From positions 1-46,821 of the forward strand of contig DPYO01000052.1 of NCBI GenBank assembly GCA_003535775.1: a stretch of 46,821 nucleotides of DNA, written 5' to 3'. Positions 1 to 8,912 of the stretch are shown here, in pieces. Positions within the stretch are counted from its first letter, which is position 1. Each line of letters begins with the position of its first letter. The notes below the pieces were generated by a model, which ran no database searches, was not told the origin of the DNA, and worked only from the letters and a program-made list of their open reading frames with translations. The translations under genes and the position numbers were made by a program. The DNA is from Fidelibacterota bacterium. GTDB lineage: Bacteria > Fidelibacterota > Marinisomatia > Marinisomatales > UBA8229.

Positions 1-20
1 ACCAACTGAACTACGATCCC
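1..20 (-). tRNA. 5' end of a tRNA gene running off the left window edge (acceptor strand and D-arm only)
   Basis: The reverse complement of 1-20 reads GGGATCG-TA-GTTC-AGTTGGT. This is a 7-nt acceptor strand, a TA linker and a canonical D-stem/D-loop start. It begins 5 nt after the stop of the 26..262 gene. The anticodon lies outside the window. Confidence 0.5.
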
Positions 21-25
21 AAAAA

Positions 26-262
26 TTACTGTTTCTTTTTATCCCGGTAGATTAATGCAATCGGAATGATAATCAGGTATCCTACAAAAAGCATAATGGG
101 CGCCAGGGTCAGGCTTTGAAAACTGTTTACAGTCCCCGAAACCATAACGACATAACCAAAAATAATTGTTGCCAGACCGATTGCTCCAAAAAAATAATTC
201 TTTTTTGAAAATGTCCAGCCTTCAAATAAATGGATATTTTTCTCTTCTTTTTTCTTATTCAT
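26..262 (-). CDS. small two-TM membrane protein, DUF3098-like
   Basis: 78-aa ORF with a Lys-rich N-terminus, 'FSKKNYFFGAIGLATIIFGYVVM' and a second helix ending 'LIYRDKKK'. This layout is recalled from the DUF3098 family of Bacteroidota-type genomes. Confidence 0.6.
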   Translation of the reverse strand: MNKKKEEKNIHLFEGWTFSKKNYFFGAIGLATIIFGYVVMVSGTVNSFQSLTLAPIMLFVGYLIIIPIALIYRDKKKQ

Positions 263-412
263 AAACTGAGAAAGTTACTGTAGTGAAAAGAAGTGAACCA
301 AACGTTTTTCAATAACCAGATGGATAGAATACACCTTTTTATCTTTATTTACTCTATCTGAACTCTATTTGTTGACTTAAGTCTGATCAATTTTTAAATT
401 TCGCCCGCTAAA

Positions 413-1453
413 ATGGGTCTTTTTCCTTTTCTTAACCATCCTTTGGGCAAACCTGCACTCGTACTTTTAGGGACTATTGCTGTAAGTATCTTTGCTTTTC
501 ATGGAACAATCGTATTCTGGCCCCAGGATAACCCCTTTGAAACAACACAAGTTGAAATTTCAAAAGGAGCTTCCCTTGCGGTAATAGGCAGTAAATTGAA
601 AGAACAAAAAATCCTTACCAATGAAAGAACATTTTTGATGGCAGTAAAAATACTTGGGCATGAAACAAATATCCCCGCTGGTAAATTCACACTCCGGTAC
701 CCTAAAAATAATTACCAAATAATCCGTCAATTGATCGAAGGAAAACCCATATTAAAAAAAGTTACCCTCCTTGAGGGTTGGACAATGGACAAAATTTCGG
801 AAGCTTTAGAGGCAAAACTTGGGCTCAATAAAAAGGGAGTGCTGGCTCTCTGCAAAAACAGGTCATTTGTCAGTAAAACCGGCATCCCGTCAAAATCATT
901 AGAAGGATTTTTATTCCCGGATACGTATTTTTTTCAGGAGGATGTTTCTCCTGAAGATGTCCTCATTCAAATTATAAAGGAATACCAAAAAAATATTTCA
1001 GATGACCTGCGGAAAAGGGCTGATGAAATGGGATTCAGTGAATTGGAAATGATAACCCTGGCTTCTATTATTGAAGGGGAAGCCATTTATGACACAGAAA
1101 GATCAATAATCTCAGCAGTGTATCATAACAGGTTAAAACTCGGGATGAAGCTTCAGGCAGATCCCACCATCCAATATATCATCAAAGACAGCCCCCGCCG
1201 CCTGCTTAACAGGGATCTTAAAATAAATTCACCGTATAACACATACCTGTATGATGGCCTTCCGCCAGGTCCTGTGAACAACCCTGGGAAGGCTTCAATC
1301 CTCGCGGCTTTATATCCCGATAAAAACGATTATCTCTTTTTTGTTGCCCGGGGAGATGGATATCATACTTTTTCTAAAACCAGGGAAGAACATAACCGTG
1401 CGAAAAAGGCTTTCCAAAAAGTCAGACGTAAATACCAAAAAAAACGGGGGTAA
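413..1453 (+). CDS. mltG: endolytic murein transglycosylase MltG (YceG-like)
   Basis: N-terminal TM helix followed by a YceG domain with 'LASIIEGEA', 'QADPTIQY' and 'SPYNTYLYDGLPPGPVNNPG'. Confidence 0.9.
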   Translation: MGLFPFLNHPLGKPALVLLGTIAVSIFAFHGTIVFWPQDNPFETTQVEISKGASLAVIGSKLKEQKILTNERTFLMAVKILGHETNIPAGKFTLRYPKNNYQIIRQLIEGKPILKKVTLLEGWTMDKISEALEAKLGLNKKGVLALCKNRSFVSKTGIPSKSLEGFLFPDTYFFQEDVSPEDVLIQIIKEYQKNISDDLRKRADEMGFSELEMITLASIIEGEAIYDTERSIISAVYHNRLKLGMKLQADPTIQYIIKDSPRRLLNRDLKINSPYNTYLYDGLPPGPVNNPGKASILAALYPDKNDYLFFVARGDGYHTFSKTREEHNRAKKAFQKVRRKYQKKRG

Positions 1454-1463
1454 AAAAAGAAAT

Positions 1464-3650
1464 ATGGCATCAATAAAACTGAATAAAGTACAACAATCTG
1501 CTGTAGAAGCAATAAATGGGCCCGTGCTTATTTTTGCCGGTGCAGGGAGCGGTAAAACCCGGGTATTAACCCATAAAATATCCTACCTGATTGATTCTGG
1601 TAACTATAAACCGGAAAATATTTTAGCAGTGACTTTTACAAACAAAGCAGCTAAAGAAATGAAAATCCGGGTCCAAAAACTATTAAAAATGAAAAAATTG
1701 GAAATGGATATCAGTACTTTTCATTCAATTTGCGCCCGTTTGCTTCGGTCAGAGATTCATCATCTTGGGTATTCCAATACTTTTGCAATTTATGATGTAG
1801 AAGATCAGACAGCCCTTATAAAAATTGTACTGAATAATCTAACTATATCAAAAGATACGTTAACGCCAAAGGTAGCCCGGTCACAAATCAGTTATTTTAA
1901 GAATAAAATGATCACCCCGGTTACTGTCCAGGAAAAAGCCCGTACAAAGCTGGATGGTATGATAGGAGATGTCTATCAGGCATACCAGACAGCCTTAAAA
2001 GAAAATAATGCTGCAGATTTTGATGATTTGCTCATCCTGCCCCTGGAACTATTTAAACACCACCCCGAAATTCTCAAAAAATACCAAAAGAAATGGAAAT
2101 ATATTTTAGTGGATGAGTACCAGGATACAAATCAGGCTCAGTTTTTATTTGTGAGTAAACTGGCAGAAGCCCATCATCAAATATGCGTAGTAGGCGATGA
2201 TGACCAATCAATTTATAGTTGGCGGGGAGCAGATATCAAAAATATCCTGGACTTTAAAAAGAAATTTCCTGGCTGTTCCACGTTCACCCTTGAAAAAAAT
2301 TACCGCTCTACTCAACAGATACTGAGTGCAGCAACAGCAGTAGTTAAAAAAAACAAGGACAGAAAACCGAAAACAATGAAATCGGCTAATGGTGCAGGAG
2401 ATAAAATTGGATTGTTCGAAACCGTGGATGAAATGGAAGAAGCTGATGCGATTGTTTCCGCCTTGGAGAAAGAAATAAACCTGAACAAGCGAACGTTTCA
2501 GGACTTTGCAGTATTATACCGAACAAACGCCCAATCCCGGGCTCTTGAAGACAGTTTTCGGAGACAAGGGATTCCCTATACTATCGTTGGCGGTATTCGA
2601 TTTTATGAACGGGCAGAAGTAAAAAACCTCCTTGCGTATTTGAAATTCATCGTGAACATGAAAGATACTATCTCCCTTCGTAGAATAATCAACTTCCCTC
2701 CCCGGGGGATCGGGTTAAAAACTGTGGATAAATGTGTAACCTATGCTGAAAAAGTGAAAAAGGAATTATTTGAAATTTTACCTGAGGGAACCAAGGTTGG
2801 TGTACGAGGCAAACAATGCGAATCTTTACTGAAATTCCATGACACAATTCAAAAATATAACGATCTTCTGAAGAAGGTCAATGCAGGGGAATTGGCACGG
2901 TCATTGGTAGATGAAATGAAAGTCCTTAGCTATTACAAAAAATTAAATACACCTGAAGATAATGAAAGATATAACAATGTGCTGGAATTATTGAACAGTA
3001 TCGATGCTTTTTTAAAACGAAAGCCAGAAGGCGATATAAGAGAATTTATTGAAGAGGTTGCCCTCTTAACAGATATCGATAACTGGAATGATGAGACCAA
3101 TTCTGTAACACTGATGACACTCCATTCAGCAAAGGGACTTGAATTTCCCGTCATATTTATTACCGGGCTTGAAGATGGACTGCTTCCTTTCTACAATGCG
3201 TTTAATAACCAGAAAGAAATGGAAGAAGAAAGACGATTGTTTTATGTTGGATTAACCCGTGCCATCGAAAAAGTCTATTTATTATATGCCAGGAATCGAC
3301 GAAAAATGGGCTTGGATTATGCAGTGGGCTTGGCATCACGCTTCCTAAAAGAGATACCAGTAAAATACCTTGAAAATATATCTTTCAACTCAGCGTTAAT
3401 GCGGAAAGTTACTACTAGTAATCGAGGAAAGAAAACAAAGGTAAAAGTGACCCGCAGCATTACTTTATTTGATGATTTCATGGCAGGCGATTATGTGAAA
3501 CATGCCATTTTCGGCATCGGAAAAATAATGGCTTTAAGCGGTTCAGGTGAAAACCAGCGGGTTGGAGTAGTCTTCAAAGATGGGCTAAAGAAAAAACTTA
3601 TTGTAAAATATGCAAACCTGAAAAAAGTTGATACTCCAGCTGTAACTTAA
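1464..3650 (+). CDS. uvrD: ATP-dependent DNA helicase UvrD/PcrA family
   Basis: Walker A 'GAGSGKTRVL', 'VDEYQDTN', 'VVGDDDQSIYSWRGA', 'LEKNYRST', 'TLHSAKGLEF' and 'RRLFYVGLTRA'. The ORF-track start at 1341 overlaps mltG. The ATG at 1464 (MASIKLNKVQ...) is the plausible start. Confidence 0.9.
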   Translation: MASIKLNKVQQSAVEAINGPVLIFAGAGSGKTRVLTHKISYLIDSGNYKPENILAVTFTNKAAKEMKIRVQKLLKMKKLEMDISTFHSICARLLRSEIHHLGYSNTFAIYDVEDQTALIKIVLNNLTISKDTLTPKVARSQISYFKNKMITPVTVQEKARTKLDGMIGDVYQAYQTALKENNAADFDDLLILPLELFKHHPEILKKYQKKWKYILVDEYQDTNQAQFLFVSKLAEAHHQICVVGDDDQSIYSWRGADIKNILDFKKKFPGCSTFTLEKNYRSTQQILSAATAVVKKNKDRKPKTMKSANGAGDKIGLFETVDEMEEADAIVSALEKEINLNKRTFQDFAVLYRTNAQSRALEDSFRRQGIPYTIVGGIRFYERAEVKNLLAYLKFIVNMKDTISLRRIINFPPRGIGLKTVDKCVTYAEKVKKELFEILPEGTKVGVRGKQCESLLKFHDTIQKYNDLLKKVNAGELARSLVDEMKVLSYYKKLNTPEDNERYNNVLELLNSIDAFLKRKPEGDIREFIEEVALLTDIDNWNDETNSVTLMTLHSAKGLEFPVIFITGLEDGLLPFYNAFNNQKEMEEERRLFYVGLTRAIEKVYLLYARNRRKMGLDYAVGLASRFLKEIPVKYLENISFNSALMRKVTTSNRGKKTKVKVTRSITLFDDFMAGDYVKHAIFGIGKIMALSGSGENQRVGVVFKDGLKKKLIVKYANLKKVDTPAVT

Positions 3651-3739
3651 TTTCTTTTCCCCCTACTTTTTTCCCGAAATTTAAAAGTACTTTTTAACCC
3701 CTAAACTTCTTTTAGTTTATTATTTTCTTTCCTAACTTC

Positions 3740-3758
3740 ATTGAGACTCAATCTCAAT
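3740..3758. promoter_or_regulatory. 19-bp 7-5-7 inverted repeat ATTGAGA-ctcaa-TCTCAAT just upstream of fur; candidate Fur-type operator
   Basis: The palindrome arms are perfect and the element ends 11 nt before the fur ATG. Its 19-bp length matches classic Fur boxes, but the sequence differs from the enterobacterial consensus. Confidence 0.3.
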
Positions 3759-3769
3759 AGGGGATCATA

Positions 3770-4204
3770 ATGCATAACACAGACATACTGAAACAAATTC
3801 TCCACAAGGAAAATCTTCGCTATACCCAACAAAGACAGGAGGTGTGGGATGAAATCTGTGCTTCAGACGAACATCAGGATGCAGAGAATATTTACAATTC
3901 ATTGCGGAAGCGCCAGATCAAGGTATCCCGTGCTACCGTCTACCGCACCATTGATGTCCTTGTAAAAAATAACCTCGTCCGCCGGTTGAACCTGGGCGAT
4001 GGACGATCCCGGTTCGAGAATAAAATAGGAATTGAACACCATGATCATATCGTGTGTTTGGATTGTAGGAAAATCGTAGAATTTATGGATGAAACGATTG
4101 AAAAGATGCAAATCCAGATTGCCAAAGAACAAGGGTTCGAAATAGTCCGGCATGTACACCAGTTGTTTGGTCGCTGTCTGGATGAAAAATGTCCAAACAA
4201 ATGA
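3770..4204 (+). CDS. fur: Fur family transcriptional repressor
   Basis: 144 aa with a winged-helix N-terminus ('RATVYRTIDVLV'), the 'HHDHIVCLDCRKIVEF' metal-site motif and C-terminal Cys residues. It sits directly upstream of feoAB. Confidence 0.9.
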   Translation: MHNTDILKQILHKENLRYTQQRQEVWDEICASDEHQDAENIYNSLRKRQIKVSRATVYRTIDVLVKNNLVRRLNLGDGRSRFENKIGIEHHDHIVCLDCRKIVEFMDETIEKMQIQIAKEQGFEIVRHVHQLFGRCLDEKCPNK

Positions 4205-4422
4205 CAATTGCTTCATTGGAAGCAGATGAAATTGCTACAATCGAAGGTTATTTGAATGAACAGGTATCCCAATCCAGGTTGGTGGAAATGGGACTTCTTC
4301 CCGGCACCCCGGTACGGTTGATCAAGAAAATACCCTTGAATGGGCCTGTGGAAATTAAGGTGCGGGATTTTTATCTATCTTTGAGACGAAAAGACGCTCA
4401 AAATATTCTGGTTAAGAAATGA
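4189..4422 (+). CDS. feoA: ferrous iron transport protein A
   Basis: 77-aa FeoA/SH3-like protein ('GLLPGTPVRLIKK...GPVEIKV'). It overlaps the fur stop and the feoB start (ATGA). Confidence 0.85.
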   Translation: MSKQMTIASLEADEIATIEGYLNEQVSQSRLVEMGLLPGTPVRLIKKIPLNGPVEIKVRDFYLSLRRKDAQNILVKK

Positions 4423-6584
4423 CTTCAGCATCAGCAATGAAGGATCGAGGCACTAACTGGATTGCCTTGCTGGGGAACCCAAATTCCGGGAAAACGGCGC
4501 TGTTTAATCTCCTCACCGGATTAAACCAGAAAGTATCTAATTACCCAGGGATAACCGTAGAAAGAAAAATTGGGCATGCAGTTTTGAGTGACCAATTCCA
4601 GGTAGAGGTTCTGGATCTTCCAGGGACTTACAGCCTGGCTCCTGAATCTTTTGATGAACGGATTGTGTCAGAGGAAATTCTCTCCTGGCTTCACGGACCT
4701 TCTCCACCCCGGGTCATTGTCTCCGTTGTAGACGCATCCAATCTGGAGCGCAACCTGTACCTCACTTCTCAACTGTTGGACCTGAACATCCCAGTCGTTG
4801 TTGCTTTGACCATGATGGACCTCGTAGAACAAAATGATCACACTATACCTCCGGAAAAATTGTGTGAAGAATTGGAAGCTGCAGAAGTATTACACGTGTC
4901 TGTACGGAAAAATTGGGGTGTGAAAGAATTGAAGGAAGCAATTGCACGGGTGATAAACGAACCTGTAAATGGAAAATCCGACCTGCCACTCACCTTGAGC
5001 GGGCCTGTGCGTTCCTCCCTAGTTCATCTGACGGAATTTTTCAAAAAGGAATTTGGATATGGATCGAGGCTTGCCTGGGCACAGGCTTTAAGAATTATTA
5101 CCCGTGATTCCGTACTGGACGGATTTCTTCAGGCCCAGCTGGATGGACAAAAAATGGGTGATGAGCAGATCAGGGATCTTCAAAAATTACGGGATGCCTC
5201 CAGCGCTGAATTAAAGAGCCAGGGACACCATCCCAAAACTCTTGAAGCCCATCTCCGTTATCGTTGGCTGGATGGGGTCTTAAATCGAGCTGGTAAACCA
5301 AGAAAACTAACTGTGGATCGTTCTACCGTCAGTGAAAAAGCAGACCAGATATTAACTCACCCTTTCCTTGGTCCGGTTATTTTTATTGGACTTCTTACAA
5401 TTATGTTCCAATCAATTTTTACTTGGGCAACAGTACCTATGGACTGGATCACACAGGGCGTTGCCATCCTTGGTGAATGGGTTTTGGTTTTCCTTCCTGC
5501 CGGTATGCTCCGTGATTTAACTGTAGAGGGAATCATTGGGGGTGTTGGTGCTATTCTCATATTTCTGCCCCAAATCATGATCCTGGTTTTTTTTATGACC
5601 CTGTTGGAAGATTCCGGATATATGGCCAGAGTTGCTTTTATGCTGGATCACCTCATGACCAAGATGGGCCTCCACGGACGGTCCGTCTTTCCTATGATGA
5701 CCGGTTATGCCTGCGCTATTCCCGGGATCATGGCAGCCCGGACTATTGACAGTTGGAAAGAACGGCTGGTGACAATTCTGGTTCTGCCGCTCATGAGCTG
5801 TAGCGCCCGTCTCCCTGTTTATGCACTTATGATTGGCGCCTTCATTCCCCATAAAAAAGTACTGGGTCTGTTCAATACGCAGGGACTCACTCTAGTTATA
5901 ATGTATTTGATGGGTACTGTCACTGCACTGGTCTTAGCGAAAATATTTAGTTATTTTATTCATCAAAAAGGACAATCATCCTTCATAATGGAAATGCCTC
6001 CTTACCGCCTCCCGTTAACAAGATCCGTGACACGGCAGGTTATTCTCCGCAGTAAACTGTTCGTCATTAATGCGGGGAAAATAATAATGGCAATTTCTAT
6101 CGTACTCTGGTTCCTGGCATCATATCCAAAGCTTGAAAAAACCAATGAAAATATAAACCCGATTCACCACAGCTATGCCGGTAAAATCGGTCATGCCATA
6201 GAACCTTTTATCAAACCTCTAGGTTTCGATTGGAAAATTGGAATCGGATTGATAACCTCTTTTGCAGCCCGGGAAGTAATGGTAACCACCCTGGCTACCA
6301 TTTACAACGTGGAAGCCGGAGGTAAAGATGTAGTCCTCCTTACACAAGCTTTACAGGAGGACAAAGATCCCCAGACAGGAGAACTTGTATATTCTCCCTT
6401 GGTAGCTCTGTCCCTGATGGTTTTCTTTGTGTATGCTGCCCAGTGTATGGCAACATTCGCCATCGTACGGAATGAGACCAATACCTGGAAATGGCCATTT
6501 TTTATGATTTTTTATATGAACGCTTTAGCTTATTTAGCATCTCTGTGTGTATATCAGGGAGGACAATTGTTGGGGTTCAGTTAA
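4419..6584 (+). CDS. feoB: ferrous iron transporter FeoB
   Basis: N-terminal G domain ('GNPNSGKT', 'DLPGTYS', 'LTMMD') followed by a polytopic membrane domain; 721 aa. Confidence 0.95.
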   Translation: MTSASAMKDRGTNWIALLGNPNSGKTALFNLLTGLNQKVSNYPGITVERKIGHAVLSDQFQVEVLDLPGTYSLAPESFDERIVSEEILSWLHGPSPPRVIVSVVDASNLERNLYLTSQLLDLNIPVVVALTMMDLVEQNDHTIPPEKLCEELEAAEVLHVSVRKNWGVKELKEAIARVINEPVNGKSDLPLTLSGPVRSSLVHLTEFFKKEFGYGSRLAWAQALRIITRDSVLDGFLQAQLDGQKMGDEQIRDLQKLRDASSAELKSQGHHPKTLEAHLRYRWLDGVLNRAGKPRKLTVDRSTVSEKADQILTHPFLGPVIFIGLLTIMFQSIFTWATVPMDWITQGVAILGEWVLVFLPAGMLRDLTVEGIIGGVGAILIFLPQIMILVFFMTLLEDSGYMARVAFMLDHLMTKMGLHGRSVFPMMTGYACAIPGIMAARTIDSWKERLVTILVLPLMSCSARLPVYALMIGAFIPHKKVLGLFNTQGLTLVIMYLMGTVTALVLAKIFSYFIHQKGQSSFIMEMPPYRLPLTRSVTRQVILRSKLFVINAGKIIMAISIVLWFLASYPKLEKTNENINPIHHSYAGKIGHAIEPFIKPLGFDWKIGIGLITSFAAREVMVTTLATIYNVEAGGKDVVLLTQALQEDKDPQTGELVYSPLVALSLMVFFVYAAQCMATFAIVRNETNTWKWPFFMIFYMNALAYLASLCVYQGGQLLGFS

Positions 6585-6739
6585 TGGAATGGCAAACAAC
6601 TATTGCTCTTGTTCTCGGATTTTTGGCATTGGTATATGCCGGGTGGTGTTTTCTACGACAGTTCTTTCAAGTAGAGAAAAAACCTGAGTGTGAGGACTGC
6701 CCTGTTCCCAATCAGAAGGGGAAAAAGAGTAAAGCTTGA
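6585..6739 (+). CDS. FeoB-associated Cys-rich small membrane protein
   Basis: The ATG directly abuts the feoB stop. The 51-aa product has one TM helix ('TIALVLGFLALVYAGWCFL') and a 'PECEDCPVP' tail. The upstream part of ORF 6491..6739 overlaps feoB and is not needed. Confidence 0.6.
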
Positions 6740-6767
6740 AAACCAGAAGTATAGAAATAGATTTCGT

Positions 6768-7259
6768 TCAACTATCCAGCAGGGTTTTCGCCATGGCTAA
6801 GTTGTTTTTCCCTTTTTTCGAAATCAGTTCAAATCCAAGAGAGTTGTAGAGTTTTATTGCCGGCTCATTTCCGGAAAAAACTCTTAAAGTGAGGTTGGTA
6901 CAATTTCTGTCTTTTGCCCAGGATTCAGCTTGATGAATGAGTTTTCGGGCATACCCCCTTTTTCGGTGTTCCCGGTCTACATATAAATGAAATAAATGTC
7001 CCCGATTTTCTTCCGAAACAAAACTCAGGCTCAGGTAAGCAACAATCCATTCATTTTCCCGAAGAATCCAGGTTTTCTTTTCCCCTTCAGAATAGGAAAG
7101 CTTCACCCATTTTTCAAAACGGAAGGGATAATTCATTCGGGGGTCAGTCAAGTTCAATGCTTTTGGATCTGAAAACCAATTTTTCAGACAGGACTGAAGT
7201 ACCTTTCTATCTCGTTGTTTGGAATAACTGACTTTTTTTATTGTAATATTTTCTGACAT
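6768..7259 (-). CDS. GNAT family N-acetyltransferase
   Basis: Acetyl-CoA binding motif 'HRKRGYARKLI' and a typical GNAT beta4-alpha3 region. The internal ATG at 7259 (MSENITIKK...) is preferred over the 7379 start. Confidence 0.75.
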   Translation of the reverse strand: MSENITIKKVSYSKQRDRKVLQSCLKNWFSDPKALNLTDPRMNYPFRFEKWVKLSYSEGEKKTWILRENEWIVAYLSLSFVSEENRGHLFHLYVDREHRKRGYARKLIHQAESWAKDRNCTNLTLRVFSGNEPAIKLYNSLGFELISKKGKNNLAMAKTLLDS

Positions 7260-7363
7260 ATCGTGGTTAAATTTACCCTGTAATTTTTCGTACAACAGAA
7301 ATTTTCTATTGGTGCAAATGAGATATTGACATGGGTTAGAAGATAGGGGAAAATTCTCCTGCA

Positions 7364-8326
7364 GTGAAACAGATAACACCTATTCAAAAATTCAAAGAAG
7401 GTGCAACCATACAGGGATTTTATCTCTGCGTAGAAAAACATCTGCGACACACACGCACTGGGGATTTGTACCTGGACCTAGTTTTACGGGACCGCACCGG
7501 CCAGATTAGCGCAAAAGTCTGGGACAAGGTGGAAGAATATCAACCCAAGTTCACAAGCGGTGATCCCGTTGCTGCTGCAGGAGTGGTGGAATCTTTTCAT
7601 GATCGCCTCCAGCTGGTAGTAAAACGGATCAATAAGGCGACGATTCAGTCCTATGCCCGATATGGTTTTGATCCCGCCCTGGTAGTCCCTGCCTCGAAAC
7701 GGGATCCCAAGGAGATGTGGCAGGAGTTAATGGAGATAGCTAAGGGGATTGAGAACAGGTACCTGCGCCGGCTTGTGGGCCTTATATACCGGGAAAACAA
7801 GAAAGAATTAATGATCCATCCAGCCTCGATTCTGTCCCATTACAGTTACAGGTCAGGATTATTGGAAAGCATTCTCTCCATGGCAACAATAGGTTCTTCA
7901 ATAGGCGATAGTTTTGATTTGGATAAGGATGTATTGATGACGGGTATTTTGCTTCATAATGTTGGGAAACTGAAGGAGTTATCCGCAGGTTTGGAAACGG
8001 ATTGCACCAATGAAGGTAATTTCCTGGGACACCCTGTGCTAAGCAGGGATATTGTTCGGGAGGCAACCGGGAAAATAAAGGGATTCCCAGCATCTCAACA
8101 GCTTAAGCTGGAACACATGATCCTGGCACATCGAGGTAGACTGGAATGGCGGGATAACCTGAAACCAAATAATCTGGAAGCACTTCTCCTGCACCTGATT
8201 CACAATCTGGACAAGCAAATGAATTTGATGAAAAAATCCATCGAAGAAGATGTGGAAGACGGAGAATGGACTGCACGTGTTAACCCTCTATACATACCCC
8301 TGTATAAAGGCAAAACAAAAAAATAA
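7364..8326 (+). CDS. OB-fold plus HD-domain phosphohydrolase (YhaM-like 3'-5' exoribonuclease)
   Basis: GTG start. The N-terminal OB-fold is 'GFYLCVEKHLRHTRTGDLYLDLVLRDRTGQISAKVWD'. HD-domain motifs are 'LLHNVGK', 'GHPVLS' and 'ILAHRG'. Confidence 0.7.
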   Translation: MKQITPIQKFKEGATIQGFYLCVEKHLRHTRTGDLYLDLVLRDRTGQISAKVWDKVEEYQPKFTSGDPVAAAGVVESFHDRLQLVVKRINKATIQSYARYGFDPALVVPASKRDPKEMWQELMEIAKGIENRYLRRLVGLIYRENKKELMIHPASILSHYSYRSGLLESILSMATIGSSIGDSFDLDKDVLMTGILLHNVGKLKELSAGLETDCTNEGNFLGHPVLSRDIVREATGKIKGFPASQQLKLEHMILAHRGRLEWRDNLKPNNLEALLLHLIHNLDKQMNLMKKSIEEDVEDGEWTARVNPLYIPLYKGKTKK

Positions 8327-8378
8327 GATGGGAGACAAACTTTTTCTTTTATCAAATGGAATTCTCCAGGCTTGATCT

Positions 8379-8912
8379 TTGGCTGACAACACAAATCTGA
8401 CTAAACTCGTACGGGCAGCCATGTTCGCTGCTTTAGCGGTTGGGTTGGGTTATTCTCTTATGTTGGTCCCAAATATTGAATTAATTACTGTTATTATTTT
8501 TTTGTCAGGTTTAACTCTGGGAATACGATGGGGAATACTAGTGGGGGCTGTAAGTGAATTTATTTTTTCAGCAATGAATCCTCTGGGATCAAGCCTCATG
8601 TTCCCTCCATTGATAGCCGCCCAAATTATCTCCATGATAATCGTGGGTCTTGCCGGCGGTCTCCTTCGGCCGGTTTTTTTCAAGAAAAAACTTTCATTTT
8701 TTCGGATCGTAACAATAGGCCTTACAGGATTTTTACTCACATTTATTTTCGATTCCCTCACTACACTAAGTTATCCCATTGGCTCTGGATTTGACTGGCC
8801 CCAGACCTGGGGCATCTATCTGTCTGGAATTGGATTCACAATTGTACATCAGTTATCCAATGGAGTTATCTTTGCTGTCAGCGTACCCGGGGTAGTAAAA
8901 TATCTGTCATGA
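8379..8912 (+). CDS. ECF-transporter S-component-like integral membrane protein
   Basis: 177 aa with about 5-6 TM helices. 'AAMFAALAVGLGYSLMLVPNIELITVIIFLSG' resembles the helix1-loop-helix2 signature of substrate-capture S components. The track start is TTG, and an ATG 14 codons downstream is an alternative. No ECF A/T genes are nearby. Confidence 0.45.
   Translation: MADNTNLTKLVRAAMFAALAVGLGYSLMLVPNIELITVIIFLSGLTLGIRWGILVGAVSEFIFSAMNPLGSSLMFPPLIAAQIISMIIVGLAGGLLRPVFFKKKLSFFRIVTIGLTGFLLTFIFDSLTTLSYPIGSGFDWPQTWGIYLSGIGFTIVHQLSNGVIFAVSVPGVVKYLS

Noticed and set aside
372-400. Sigma70-like promoter TTGACT-17 nt-TAAATT upstream of mltG
   Set aside because: The -10 match is only 4/6 in very AT-rich DNA. 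If the organism belongs to the FCB group, the promoter consensus also differs, so the evidence is too weak to call.
1341-1463. N-terminal extension of the helicase ORF overlapping the mltG 3' end
   Set aside because: The extension has no helicase homology and overlaps mltG by more than 100 nt. The ATG at 1464 gives the normal distance to the Walker A motif.
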